DNA of 64,000 nucleotides from Acidimicrobiia bacterium (GTDB lineage: Bacteria > Actinomycetota > Acidimicrobiia > IMCC26256 > JACDBD01): the NCBI GenBank assembly GCA_035316025.1, contig DATFXL010000102.1, positions 1,195-65,194 on the forward strand. Reading direction: 5' to 3'. The stretch's first letter is position 1. Every line of letters starts with the position of its first letter. The translations under genes and the position numbers were made by a program. This document shows positions 17,971 through 26,085 of the stretch, piece after piece. Below the pieces are notes generated by a model, which worked only from the letters and a program-made list of their open reading frames with translations, had not been told where the DNA came from and searched no databases.

Positions 17971-19038
17971 CTACCAGCTGACGCCGAAACGCTCCTCCAG
18001 CCGGTAGAAGCGTGCCGGCGTGTCCCACAGCACGGCGGTGAGGTCGCCGCCGCCGAGCCCGTGCTCGACCGACTCCTTCAGGAAGCCGGTGACGGCCTCG
18101 GGGTACATCGCGTCCGGATGCGGGAAGTCGCTCGCCCACACCACGTGGTCGGCGCCGACCTGCGAGACCGTCCACGCCGCCAGCGGGTCGTCGGGATCGG
18201 TGCTGATCATGCACTGGCGCGCGAAGTACTCCGAGGGCATCAGTGACAGCTCGGCGGTCTCGGTGTCGTGCATCCATTCGGCGTGCCCGTCGAGACGCGC
18301 CAGCCAGTACGGCAGCCAGCCCGTCCCCGACTCGAGGAAGGCGACGCGGAGGGCCGGATGCCGCTCCAGTGCGCCCTCGAGCACCAGGCTCGCCATCGCC
18401 GCCATCTGTTCCATCGGATGGGACATGGCATGGCGGACGGCAAACGTCCCGCTCACCTCGCGGCCGATCGTGGGCGCGCCGCGCACGCCGAGCCCCTCGT
18501 GGACCGCCAGGACGAGCCCGGTCTCCTCGAGCACGTCGAAGAGCGAGTCGTAGTCGCGGGCGCCGAGGCTGCGGCCGAACACATGGTTGGGGCGAACCAT
18601 GACGCCGGGAAGGCCGAGGTCGGCAGCCGTGCGCGCGGCGTCGACCGCCAGGGTCACGTTGGCCAGCGGAGCGATCCCGACTCCGGCGAGGCGGGAGGGA
18701 TCCGTCGAGCAGTAGCCGGCGATCCAGTCGTTGTACCTGCGGCACGCGGCCGCCGCGCCGTTGGCATCGAGCTCGGGCAGGTACGGCACGTACAGCCCGA
18801 TGGACGGGTACAGCACGACGGCGTCGATGTCCTCGATGTCCATGCAGCGCAGGTAGGCGTCGGCCGCACACCCGGACTCGAAGAAGTCCACGAGCTTCGA
18901 CATGTCTCCGGCCGCCTCGAACGGCGTCGTCGGCGGCAGATCCATGATCTCGGGGCCGGCGCGCTGTGCCTCGCCGAACACGTCGGCCGGCTCGACGACA
19001 TGCGCGTCGGCGTCGAGGATCCTCATCCCGTCACGCAT
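17971..19038 (-). CDS. Amidohydrolase family protein (amidohydrolase_2)
   Basis: N-terminal ILDADAHVVEP and C-terminal WASDFPHPD metal-ligand motifs. The start could instead be the second Met (19026). Confidence 0.75.
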   Translation of the reverse strand: MRDGMRILDADAHVVEPADVFGEAQRAGPEIMDLPPTTPFEAAGDMSKLVDFFESGCAADAYLRCMDIEDIDAVVLYPSIGLYVPYLPELDANGAAAACRRYNDWIAGYCSTDPSRLAGVGIAPLANVTLAVDAARTAADLGLPGVMVRPNHVFGRSLGARDYDSLFDVLEETGLVLAVHEGLGVRGAPTIGREVSGTFAVRHAMSHPMEQMAAMASLVLEGALERHPALRVAFLESGTGWLPYWLARLDGHAEWMHDTETAELSLMPSEYFARQCMISTDPDDPLAAWTVSQVGADHVVWASDFPHPDAMYPEAVTGFLKESVEHGLGGGDLTAVLWDTPARFYRLEERFGVSW

Positions 19039-19098
19039 CGCGACGCTCCACGATGCTTCCCCCGACCGTCAAGATGTTGGTGCTCATGCTCATGGTCG

Positions 19099-19887
19099 TC
19101 ACATCCTCCGCGCCGCCAGCCCGCCGTCGAGGGGGAAGACGGATCCGCTGATGTAGCTCGACTCGTCGCCGGCCAGGAACATGATCGACTCGCAGACGTC
19201 GTCGGCGGTCCCGAGCCGGCGCATCGGCGTCCGGTCGGCGACCATGCGCTTGATCGCCTCCGGGTCAGGTGCCTGCTCGACCACCTTCAAGAACAGCCCC
19301 GCTTCGCAGGCGGTCGGCGAGACCACGTTCACTCGCACCTGGTCCGGCGCGTGCTCGATTGCCGCCTGCTTGGCCAGGTTCACGAGTGCGCCCTTCGACG
19401 CGCAGTACGCCGCGTACCCCGGCGAGCCGATCGCGCCGAGCACCGAGCCGAGCAGGATCGCCGAGCCACCGTCGGAGCGCGCCATGGCCGGGATGGCGTG
19501 CTTGAGGCAGAGGAAGGGGCCCTTGAGGTTCACGTCGAGCACCCGTTGCCACTCCTCGTCGCTCGTCTCGGCCAGTGACGCACGCACCTCGACCGCCGCG
19601 CTGGACACGAGCACGTCGAGCCGACCGTCACCGTTCCCGCCGGTGGCGGCGCCGACCATGCGTTGCACGTCTTCCTCGCTCCTGACGTCGGCGGCGACCG
19701 CTTCGGCGACGCCCCCCGCTTTCACCACCGCGCCCGCGACCCGTGCCGCCGCCGCCTCGTCGATGTCGGCGACGATGACCCGGGCACCGGCCGCCGCCAG
19801 GCGGGCCACGGTGGCCTCGCCGAGTCCCGACGCGCCGCCCGTGACGATGGCGGTCCGCCCGCCCAAGCGGCCTTCCGCCGCGCTCAT
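19099..19887 (-). CDS. SDR family oxidoreductase
   Basis: TGGASGLGEA and YAAYCASK (YxxxK) motifs. Confidence 0.9.
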   Translation of the reverse strand: MSAAEGRLGGRTAIVTGGASGLGEATVARLAAAGARVIVADIDEAAAARVAGAVVKAGGVAEAVAADVRSEEDVQRMVGAATGGNGDGRLDVLVSSAAVEVRASLAETSDEEWQRVLDVNLKGPFLCLKHAIPAMARSDGGSAILLGSVLGAIGSPGYAAYCASKGALVNLAKQAAIEHAPDQVRVNVVSPTACEAGLFLKVVEQAPDPEAIKRMVADRTPMRRLGTADDVCESIMFLAGDESSYISGSVFPLDGGLAARRM

Positions 19888-20648
19888 CGCAACGCCGCCA
19901 GACCGCCGTCGGCCGGGATCACCGCGCCCGATGTGTACGCCGACAGGTCACTGGCGAGGAACAGGGCGATGCCGGCGACGTCGGCGGCCGTGCCGAGCCG
20001 GTGCAGCGGGATGTTCTCCAGGAGCCCCTTCACGAAGCCCTCGCCGTCGTGCATCTCGGCGGCGACCTTCCGGAAGCGCGGCGTGTCGATCGAGCCCGGC
20101 GCGATCGCGTTGACGCGCACCTTCGGGCCGTACTCGGTCGCCATCTGCCGCGTCAGCGCGACGAGTCCGGCCTTCGCCGCGCCGTACGCGGCGTACCCCT
20201 CCGAGCCGATCAGGCCGAGCACGGACGCTGTGTTGATGATGCTCCCGCCTGCGCCCTCGGCGAGATGCGGCATGGCAGCGCGGCACGCCCAGAAGATCGC
20301 GTTGAGGTTCGTCGCCATTGTGATGTCCCACTGCTCCTCGGTGCACTCGACGAGCCGTCCGGACATCTGGATGGCGGCGTTGTTGTAGAGGACGTCGAGG
20401 CCGCCGAACGCTTCGACAGCGCCGGCGACCATGGCGACGTTGTCGGCCCGGTTCGACACGTCGGCGTGCACGGCGATCGCCTTGCTACCGGCCTGCTCGA
20501 CGAGATCGACGGTCTCACCTGACCCGTCGTCGTTCACGTCGGCGACGGCCACGCGGGCTCCGTGCTCGGCGAACAGCACCGACGCCGCCCGGCCCTGACC
20601 CGATGCGGCCCCAGTGATCAAGGCGACCTTTCCCTCGAGCAGGCGCAT
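19884..20648 (-). CDS. SDR family oxidoreductase
   Basis: ATG 20648 gives MRLLEGKVALITGAASGQG. YAAYGAAK motif present. The track ORF N-terminal extension is Pro/Arg-rich shadow. Confidence 0.9.
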   Translation of the reverse strand: MRLLEGKVALITGAASGQGRAASVLFAEHGARVAVADVNDDGSGETVDLVEQAGSKAIAVHADVSNRADNVAMVAGAVEAFGGLDVLYNNAAIQMSGRLVECTEEQWDITMATNLNAIFWACRAAMPHLAEGAGGSIINTASVLGLIGSEGYAAYGAAKAGLVALTRQMATEYGPKVRVNAIAPGSIDTPRFRKVAAEMHDGEGFVKGLLENIPLHRLGTAADVAGIALFLASDLSAYTSGAVIPADGGLAALR

Positions 20649-20716
20649 CTCGGCCACGCGCGGAAGGTACGAGAGCCCTGACACGGGCGTCAACAACGCT
20701 CCCGTAGGCTCCTGCC

Positions 20717-21502
20717 GTGCCGCCCGAGCTTCCGGACGCCGTGTTCCATCGCGACGGCGACCGGTACGTCCCCACGGCGTTGGCGCGGGGGCCGTGGGAC
20801 CCGAACGCGCAGCACGGAGGGCCCAGCGCGGCGTTGCTCGCTCGGTCGGTGGAGGAGCACGAGGCCGCGTCGCCCGCCCACGTTGCCCGCATGACCATCG
20901 AGCTCCTCCGGCCCGTGCCGATGCAGCCGATCGACGTGCGGGCGCGCACGGTGCGGCCGGGCAAGAAGGTGCAGCTGGTCGAGTCGTCGGTGCTGGCGGA
21001 CGAGACGGAGGTCGTACGGGCAACGGCATTGCGCATCCGCCGGGAGGACATCCCCTTCGCCGACCCGCCCGACGACCGCCTCGTGCCGGGACCGAACGAG
21101 CAGCTCCGCGAGCACTTCGAGAACATCGGTGGCCTGAACTTCGGGTTCGCGATGGACGTGAGCCTGGCTCGCGGCGAGGTCGGCGTGCCGGGCCCGGCCG
21201 CGGTCTGGTTCCGGCTCGCGGTCCCGATCGTCGCGGGGGAGGAGCCGACGCCCCTCATGCGCGTGGCGGCGGCGGCCGACTTTGGCAACGGCATCAGCGG
21301 TGCCGTCACCTGGGACGAGCACCTCTTCATCAACCCCGACCTGACCATCTACCTGCACCGCCTTCCCTTCGGTCCGTGGGTAGGGCTCGACGCCCACACG
21401 TGGCCGACCCACGAGGGCGTCGGCTTCGCGGACGCCGCGCTGTACGACGAACGCGGCCGCATCGGCCGCTCGGTGCAGGCACTGCTCCTCGACCGGCGCT
21501 GA
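20717..21502 (+). CDS. Thioesterase family protein (TesB-like double hotdog)
   Basis: 261 aa. ARGPWDPNAQHGGPSAALLAR is typical of the acyl-CoA thioesterase-like family. Confidence 0.6.
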   Translation: MPPELPDAVFHRDGDRYVPTALARGPWDPNAQHGGPSAALLARSVEEHEAASPAHVARMTIELLRPVPMQPIDVRARTVRPGKKVQLVESSVLADETEVVRATALRIRREDIPFADPPDDRLVPGPNEQLREHFENIGGLNFGFAMDVSLARGEVGVPGPAAVWFRLAVPIVAGEEPTPLMRVAAAADFGNGISGAVTWDEHLFINPDLTIYLHRLPFGPWVGLDAHTWPTHEGVGFADAALYDERGRIGRSVQALLLDRR

Positions 21503-21542
21503 GCGACCGTCGGGTGCTCTCCGTTGCTCGGCTTGCCACCTC

Positions 21543-21569
21543 TATTCCGGATATCTAGTATCCGGAATA
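21543..21569. promoter_or_regulatory. Perfect 11-bp inverted repeat, probable Rrf2 operator
   Basis: TATTCCGGATA-TCTAG-TATCCGGAATA. The right arm ends on the A of the Rrf2 ATG. TAGTAT (21556..21561) is -10-like. Confidence 0.55.
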
Positions 21570-22057
21570 TGCGCCTCACGGAGGGCGTCGAGTGGGGGCT
21601 CCACTGCGGCGTGGTTCTCGCGGTCCTGCCGTCCGGGGCCGCCTTGTCGACGGCCCGATTGGCCGAGTACCACGCCGTCCCCGAGGCGTACCTGGCCAAG
21701 CACCTGCAAGCGATGTCGCGGGCGGGGATCCTCGAGGCAGGGACGGGACGGGGCGGCGGCTACCGCCTGGCCCGCCCGCCCGCCGACGTCTCGGTCCTCG
21801 ACGTGGTCGAGGCCGTCGACGGTGGGGACCCGGCGTTCCGGTGCCTCGAGATCCGGCGCCGGGGCCCGGCGGCGCTCCCAGCACGCGAGTACCGGACGAT
21901 GTGCGGCATCCACCGGGTGATGGTCGAGGCCGACGAGGCGTGGCGGGCGCAACTGGCCCGTACTTCGATCGCCGACCTCGCCGCCGGGGTCGCGCGGGAC
22001 GCGAGCCCGGAGGCGATTGCGAAGTTCGGCACCTGGCTCCAGGAGGTGATCGCGTGA
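21569..22057 (+). CDS. Rrf2 family transcriptional regulator
   Basis: MRLTEGVEWGLHCGVVLA...LAEYHAVPEAYLAKHLQAMSRAGILE..GRGGGYRLA. Confidence 0.85.
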   Translation: MRLTEGVEWGLHCGVVLAVLPSGAALSTARLAEYHAVPEAYLAKHLQAMSRAGILEAGTGRGGGYRLARPPADVSVLDVVEAVDGGDPAFRCLEIRRRGPAALPAREYRTMCGIHRVMVEADEAWRAQLARTSIADLAAGVARDASPEAIAKFGTWLQEVIA

Positions 22058-22983
22058 ACGTGTTCCTGACCGGCGCAACCGGAGCGATCGGGCCCGCCAC
22101 CGTGCGCGGGCTGGTCGACCGGGGCTATCAGGTGCGAGCCGTCGCCCGCACCGACGAGAAGGCGGCGATTCTGCGGGGTCTCGGCGCCGACCCGATCGCA
22201 GTCGACTTGTTCGACGGCGAAGCGGCGAAGGCGGCGGTGGTGGGCTCCGAGGCAGTGCTGCATCTCGCCACCAACGTGCCCAGACTCCGGCGGATGTCGA
22301 GCAAGAAGGGATGGGAGACCCACAACCGCCTGCGCACGGCCGCGACCGAGAACCTCGTCGATGCCGCCGTGGCGACCGGCGCGAGCACGTTCGTGAAGGA
22401 GTCGGTGTCGTTCGTCTATCCCGACGGTGGCGACGCGTGGATCGACGAGACCACGCCGGTCGACGAGTCGGTCGCGATGCTGGCGCCCACGCTCGAAGGC
22501 GAGCGCATCGTCGAGCGGTTCACCGCCGGCGGCGGGCGCGGCGTCGTGCTTCGCTTCGGCTCCTTCTACGGTCAGACCGCGCGAATGGTCGACGAGGCGC
22601 TGCTGTTGGCGCGCTTTCGGATGTCGATTCTCGGGGGCGCGCCCGGGGCCTACGTGTCGTCGATCCACACCGACGATGTCGCGAGCGCGTCTGTTGCCGC
22701 GCTCGAGGCACCCGCCGGCGTGTACAACGTCGTCGACGACGAGCCCGTGACGCGGCGGGAATACTTGGACGCGTTCTCGGAAGCGTTCGGCGTCCGCAAG
22801 CTGCGACCGTTGCCGACGTGGCTGGTGAAGCTGGCGAGCGGGTCCGCCGCTGCCGCCGTCATCCGCTCGTGGCGGGTGAGCAACAAGAAGCTTCGGGACG
22901 CCACCGTGTGGTCGCCGAAGTTCCCGAGCGTCCATGAGGGGTGGCCGGCGGTTGCGTGGGCCCGAAAGGAGAGCCGTGCGTGA
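22054..22983 (+). CDS. NAD-dependent epimerase/dehydratase family protein
   Basis: GTG 22054 overlaps the Rrf2 stop (GTGA). VNVFLTGATGAIGPATVRGLVDRG is a Rossmann motif. Confidence 0.75.
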   Translation: MNVFLTGATGAIGPATVRGLVDRGYQVRAVARTDEKAAILRGLGADPIAVDLFDGEAAKAAVVGSEAVLHLATNVPRLRRMSSKKGWETHNRLRTAATENLVDAAVATGASTFVKESVSFVYPDGGDAWIDETTPVDESVAMLAPTLEGERIVERFTAGGGRGVVLRFGSFYGQTARMVDEALLLARFRMSILGGAPGAYVSSIHTDDVASASVAALEAPAGVYNVVDDEPVTRREYLDAFSEAFGVRKLRPLPTWLVKLASGSAAAAVIRSWRVSNKKLRDATVWSPKFPSVHEGWPAVAWARKESRA

Positions 22984-23392
22984 GTGGATCGTTCGCGTCG
23001 TGCTCGCGCTGTGGGCAGCAGCGAGCGTGCAGCTGGGCATCTGGGCGACGTTCGCGCCCCGATCGTTCTACGACGACTACCCCGGTTTCGGACGCGAGTG
23101 GGTGCGCGTCGACGGTCCATACAACGAGCACCTTGTGCGCGACTTCGGGGGGCTGAACCTCGCGCTGGCGGTCGTGACAATCGCGGCGCTCATCACGCTG
23201 AGCCGGCCGCTCGTGATCGCGGTGGCCATCGCGTGGTTGGCGTGGGGAGTGCCGCACCTCGTGTACCACCTGCGCCATCTCGACGTGTTCGCGACCGATG
23301 ACAAGGTGCTGAACGTGATCGCGCTCTCGGTGTTGCCCGTCCTCGCGGTCGTCGTGCTGGTGCTGACGATACGAAGACCGGCGCGGACCTAG
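22976..23392 (+). CDS. Hypothetical membrane protein
   Basis: Hydrophobic helices (WIVRVVLALWAAASVQLGIWATF..., LNVIALSVLPVLAVVVLVL). Start is uncertain: GTG 22976 overlapping the upstream stop, or track start 22934. Confidence 0.5.
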   Translation: MREWIVRVVLALWAAASVQLGIWATFAPRSFYDDYPGFGREWVRVDGPYNEHLVRDFGGLNLALAVVTIAALITLSRPLVIAVAIAWLAWGVPHLVYHLRHLDVFATDDKVLNVIALSVLPVLAVVVLVLTIRRPART

Positions 23393-23475
23393 CGCCGGCC
23401 CGCGTTGGGGCGCTTGCCGTGGTTCGCCTTGTTGCGGCGGCTCCGGATACGGCGCTTCTTCGTCTTCTTCGACAT
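23389..23475 (-). CDS. 50S ribosomal protein bL37 (28 aa)
   Basis: MSKKTKKRRIRSRRNKANHGKRPNAGRR. The ANHGKRPN core matches my recollection of mycobacterial bL37. It forms the last 28 codons of track ORF 23389..23670. Confidence 0.6.
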   Translation of the reverse strand: MSKKTKKRRIRSRRNKANHGKRPNAGRR

Positions 23476-23505
23476 GCGAATGGCAACGCTAGTCGAACCG
23501 GTGGT

Positions 23506-23541
23506 GCGTTCCTCACCGTCGCCATGCACGGTGAGGAACGC
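23506..23541. promoter_or_regulatory. 13-bp perfect inverted repeat (hairpin or operator) in a divergent intergenic region
   Basis: GCGTTCCTCACCG-N10-CGGTGAGGAACGC, about 30 nt from both flanking start codons. Confidence 0.45.
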
Positions 23542-23569
23542 GTCGTAGGCACCGGTACCCTGAGGCGCG

Positions 23570-24598
23570 ATGGAGCATCTGGGGCTCGTCGGACTGCCGG
23601 ACTCGGGGCACGCGCAGCTGTTCAGCGCGCTGACGGGGCTCGACACGCCGACCGGCTTCGAGACGACCAAGGGTGTCGCGCCGTTGCCGGACGATCGCGT
23701 CGACCGTTTGGCCGAGATGTCGAAGTCGAAGAAGCTCGTTCACGCGACGTTCGAGATCGACTTCATCCCCGGCCTCGCGCCGGGCGGGAAGCCGGGCGAA
23801 GGCCTCGGCAGCCGGCTGCTCGGCTCCATCCGCGACAGCGACGCGATCCTCGCCGTCGTGCGCGCCGACGACGACGCCGACCCCGCCGAGGCGCTCGGTG
23901 CCCTCGAGCTCGAGCTCGTGCTCGCCGACCTCGGGTCCGTCGAGCAGCGCCTCGAGAAGCAGCGTCGGGCCGTGAAGGGCGATTCGTCGCTCGCGGCCGA
24001 GGTCGCCGCGCTCGAGCGCGCCGAGACCGTCCTCGCCGACGGCACGCCCGTGTACCGCTCCGACCTCGACGACCAGGAGCGCCGGCTCCTCGCACCCGTC
24101 TTCCTGCTCACGAACAAGCCCATGCTCGTGGTGGTGAATGTGGGCGTCGACCAACTCGACCGGGCCGAGGAACTGGCGACACCGTTCGGTCCGGACGCGT
24201 TGAGCGTTTGCGTCGAGATCGAAGGCGATCCCGACGTCGCCCAGGCGCCGGCCCACGAGCGAGCCGCGCTCCTCGCCGACCTCGGCGTGACCGAGAGCGT
24301 CCTGCCCAGACTCGCCCGCAGCGCGTACCACTTGCTCGGCCGGCGCACATTCTTCACGACCGGAGAGGACGAGTCGCGCGCGTGGTCGTTCCGCGCCGGC
24401 GCCAAGGCCCCCGAGTGCGCGGGCGTGATCCACTCGGATCTCCAGCGCGGGTTCATCCGTGCCGAGGTGATCGAGTGGCGCGAGCTGCTCGACATCGGAT
24501 CCTGGGACAAGGCGAAGGAGTTGGGCAAGCTCCGCGTCGAAGGGAAGGAGTACGAGGTGCGCGACGGCGACGTGCTCGAGATCCGCTTCAACGTCTGA
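23570..24598 (+). CDS. YchF-like protein (DUF933/TGS C-terminal domain) with degenerate P-loop
   Basis: C-terminus TTGEDESRAW...IHSDLQRGFIRAEV...EGKEYEVRDGDVLEIRFNV is YchF-like. The N-terminus LVGLPDSGHAQLFSALTG replaces GLPNVGKSTLFNALT. Confidence 0.8.
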   Translation: MEHLGLVGLPDSGHAQLFSALTGLDTPTGFETTKGVAPLPDDRVDRLAEMSKSKKLVHATFEIDFIPGLAPGGKPGEGLGSRLLGSIRDSDAILAVVRADDDADPAEALGALELELVLADLGSVEQRLEKQRRAVKGDSSLAAEVAALERAETVLADGTPVYRSDLDDQERRLLAPVFLLTNKPMLVVVNVGVDQLDRAEELATPFGPDALSVCVEIEGDPDVAQAPAHERAALLADLGVTESVLPRLARSAYHLLGRRTFFTTGEDESRAWSFRAGAKAPECAGVIHSDLQRGFIRAEVIEWRELLDIGSWDKAKELGKLRVEGKEYEVRDGDVLEIRFNV

Positions 24599-24618
24599 CT
24601 GGGGAACCGGAGGCAGGT

Positions 24619-24948
24619 GTGGCCTGGCTGGTGCGCGAAGGCGACGTGCTGGCGACCGCCGAGGTGGCGGAGAGTCGACGTGACCGGCGACACGGCCTCC
24701 TCGGCCGGTCGGACTTCGAGGGCGCGCTGGTCTTGCGGCCGAGCCGGCATATCCACACGCTGTTCATGCGCTTCACGATCGACGTTGCTTTCTGCGACGC
24801 CGACGGTGTGGTCCTGCGCACGACATGCCTGCGTCCGTGGCGGCTGTCGCCACTGGTCACGAACGCCGCGTTCGCCGTCGAGGCCCGGGCCGGCGCGTTC
24901 GAGCGTTGGGGCCTGACGGTCGGCGACCGGGTGGAAGTGAAGGAGTGA
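24619..24948 (+). CDS. DUF192 domain-containing protein
   Basis: GTG 24619 in the frame of track ORF 23419..24948. ...HTLFMRFTIDVAFCDADGVV...EARAGAFERWGL.GD.V. Confidence 0.65.
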   Translation: MAWLVREGDVLATAEVAESRRDRRHGLLGRSDFEGALVLRPSRHIHTLFMRFTIDVAFCDADGVVLRTTCLRPWRLSPLVTNAAFAVEARAGAFERWGLTVGDRVEVKE

Positions 24949-25811
24949 CGGACCGCCCGGCGGGGGCGCTCGTCCTCGTCGGCACCCCCATCGGCAACCT
25001 CGGAGACCTGTCGCCCCGCGCCATCGAGGTGCTGCGGAGCGCCGATGTCATCGCCGCCGAGGACACGCGTCGCACCCGAGTGCTGCTCAGTCACGCGGGC
25101 ATCCCAGCCGGTCGCCGGTTGCGCGCCGTGCACGCCCGCAACGAGGCCGCCCAAGCTCCTCGCATCGTCGACGAGGTCCGCAGCGGGGCGCGCGTGGCCG
25201 TCGTCACGGATGCCGGCATGCCCGGCATCTCCGATCCCGGGGGCGTGCTCGTGCGCGACTGCCTGGACGCCGGGCTCCCCGTCGAGGCCGTCCCCGGTCC
25301 GAGCGCGGCGTTGACCGCACTCGTGCTGTCGGGCTTGCCGGCGGACCGTTTCGTCTTCGAAGGGTTCCTGCCCCGCAAGGGCCGCGCTCGCGCCGAGCGC
25401 CTGTCGGCGGTCGCACGTGAATCGCGTACCACGGTCCTGTTCGAAGCGCCGACCCGCGTCCGCACCACGCTCGTCGACCTCGCGGGCGCGTGCGGCGGGC
25501 AACGGCCGGTCGCCGTCGCCCGGGAGCTGACGAAGGCGTTCGAAGAGGTATGGCGGGGCACGCTTGCTACCGCCGCCAGCCACGTCGAACGATCAGAGCC
25601 TCGGGGCGAGCACGTGATCGTGGTCGGCCCCGCCCCCGAGCGCGCACCCGCCGGTAACGCCGAGGTCGAGGCGGCCGTCCGCGCCGCCCTGGCCGACGGC
25701 CGCTCGGCGCGGGACGCGGCGTCCGACGTCGCCGACGCCCTGGGGGTCGCCCGGCGGCGCGCTTACGAGGCGGCTACGCGGTTGAAGGAGAGTCGGCGGC
25801 GAGGCGGGTGA
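24945..25811 (+). CDS. rsmI: 16S rRNA (cytidine1402-2'-O)-methyltransferase
   Basis: GTG 24945 overlaps the upstream stop. LVLVGTPIGNLGDLSPRAIEVLRSADVIAAEDTR...VTDAGMPGISDPG. Confidence 0.9.
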   Translation: MTDRPAGALVLVGTPIGNLGDLSPRAIEVLRSADVIAAEDTRRTRVLLSHAGIPAGRRLRAVHARNEAAQAPRIVDEVRSGARVAVVTDAGMPGISDPGGVLVRDCLDAGLPVEAVPGPSAALTALVLSGLPADRFVFEGFLPRKGRARAERLSAVARESRTTVLFEAPTRVRTTLVDLAGACGGQRPVAVARELTKAFEEVWRGTLATAASHVERSEPRGEHVIVVGPAPERAPAGNAEVEAAVRAALADGRSARDAASDVADALGVARRRAYEAATRLKESRRRGG

Positions 25812-26034
25812 CACATCCGCTGCACACGAGTTTCCCGGAGAACTCGCTGAGGCTCACCGTCCCGCCGCAGAAGACGCAGCGGTCCTCGACCTTGGTGAGC
25901 AGGATGGCGTCGGAGTCGACGGCGATCTCGATCAGATCGCCGGGACTGATGCCGAACTGTCGGCGAACCTCGGCGGGGAGGACCACACGACCGAGCTGGT
26001 CGACCTTCCGCGCAACACCCGTGCGTCGAGCCAT
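25774..26034 (-). CDS. AbrB/MazE/SpoVT-family DNA-binding protein with C-terminal CxxC..CxxC ribbon
   Basis: RKVDQLGRVVLPAEVRRQFGISPGDLIEI swapped-hairpin motif, then CVFCGG...CSGC. Confidence 0.75.
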   Translation of the reverse strand: MARRTGVARKVDQLGRVVLPAEVRRQFGISPGDLIEIAVDSDAILLTKVEDRCVFCGGTVSLSEFSGKLVCSGCVTRLAADSPSTA

Positions 26035-26085
26035 GGATTCCTATTCCGACGAGGGGTATCGGGGCCATCGGTATCGTAGGCGCCG

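Noticed and set aside
20649-21029. N-terminal extension of the second SDR ORF (381 aa in the track)
   Set aside because: The extension is Pro/Arg/Ala-rich and overlaps the thioesterase gene on the other strand. ATG 20648 gives the canonical SDR N-terminus.
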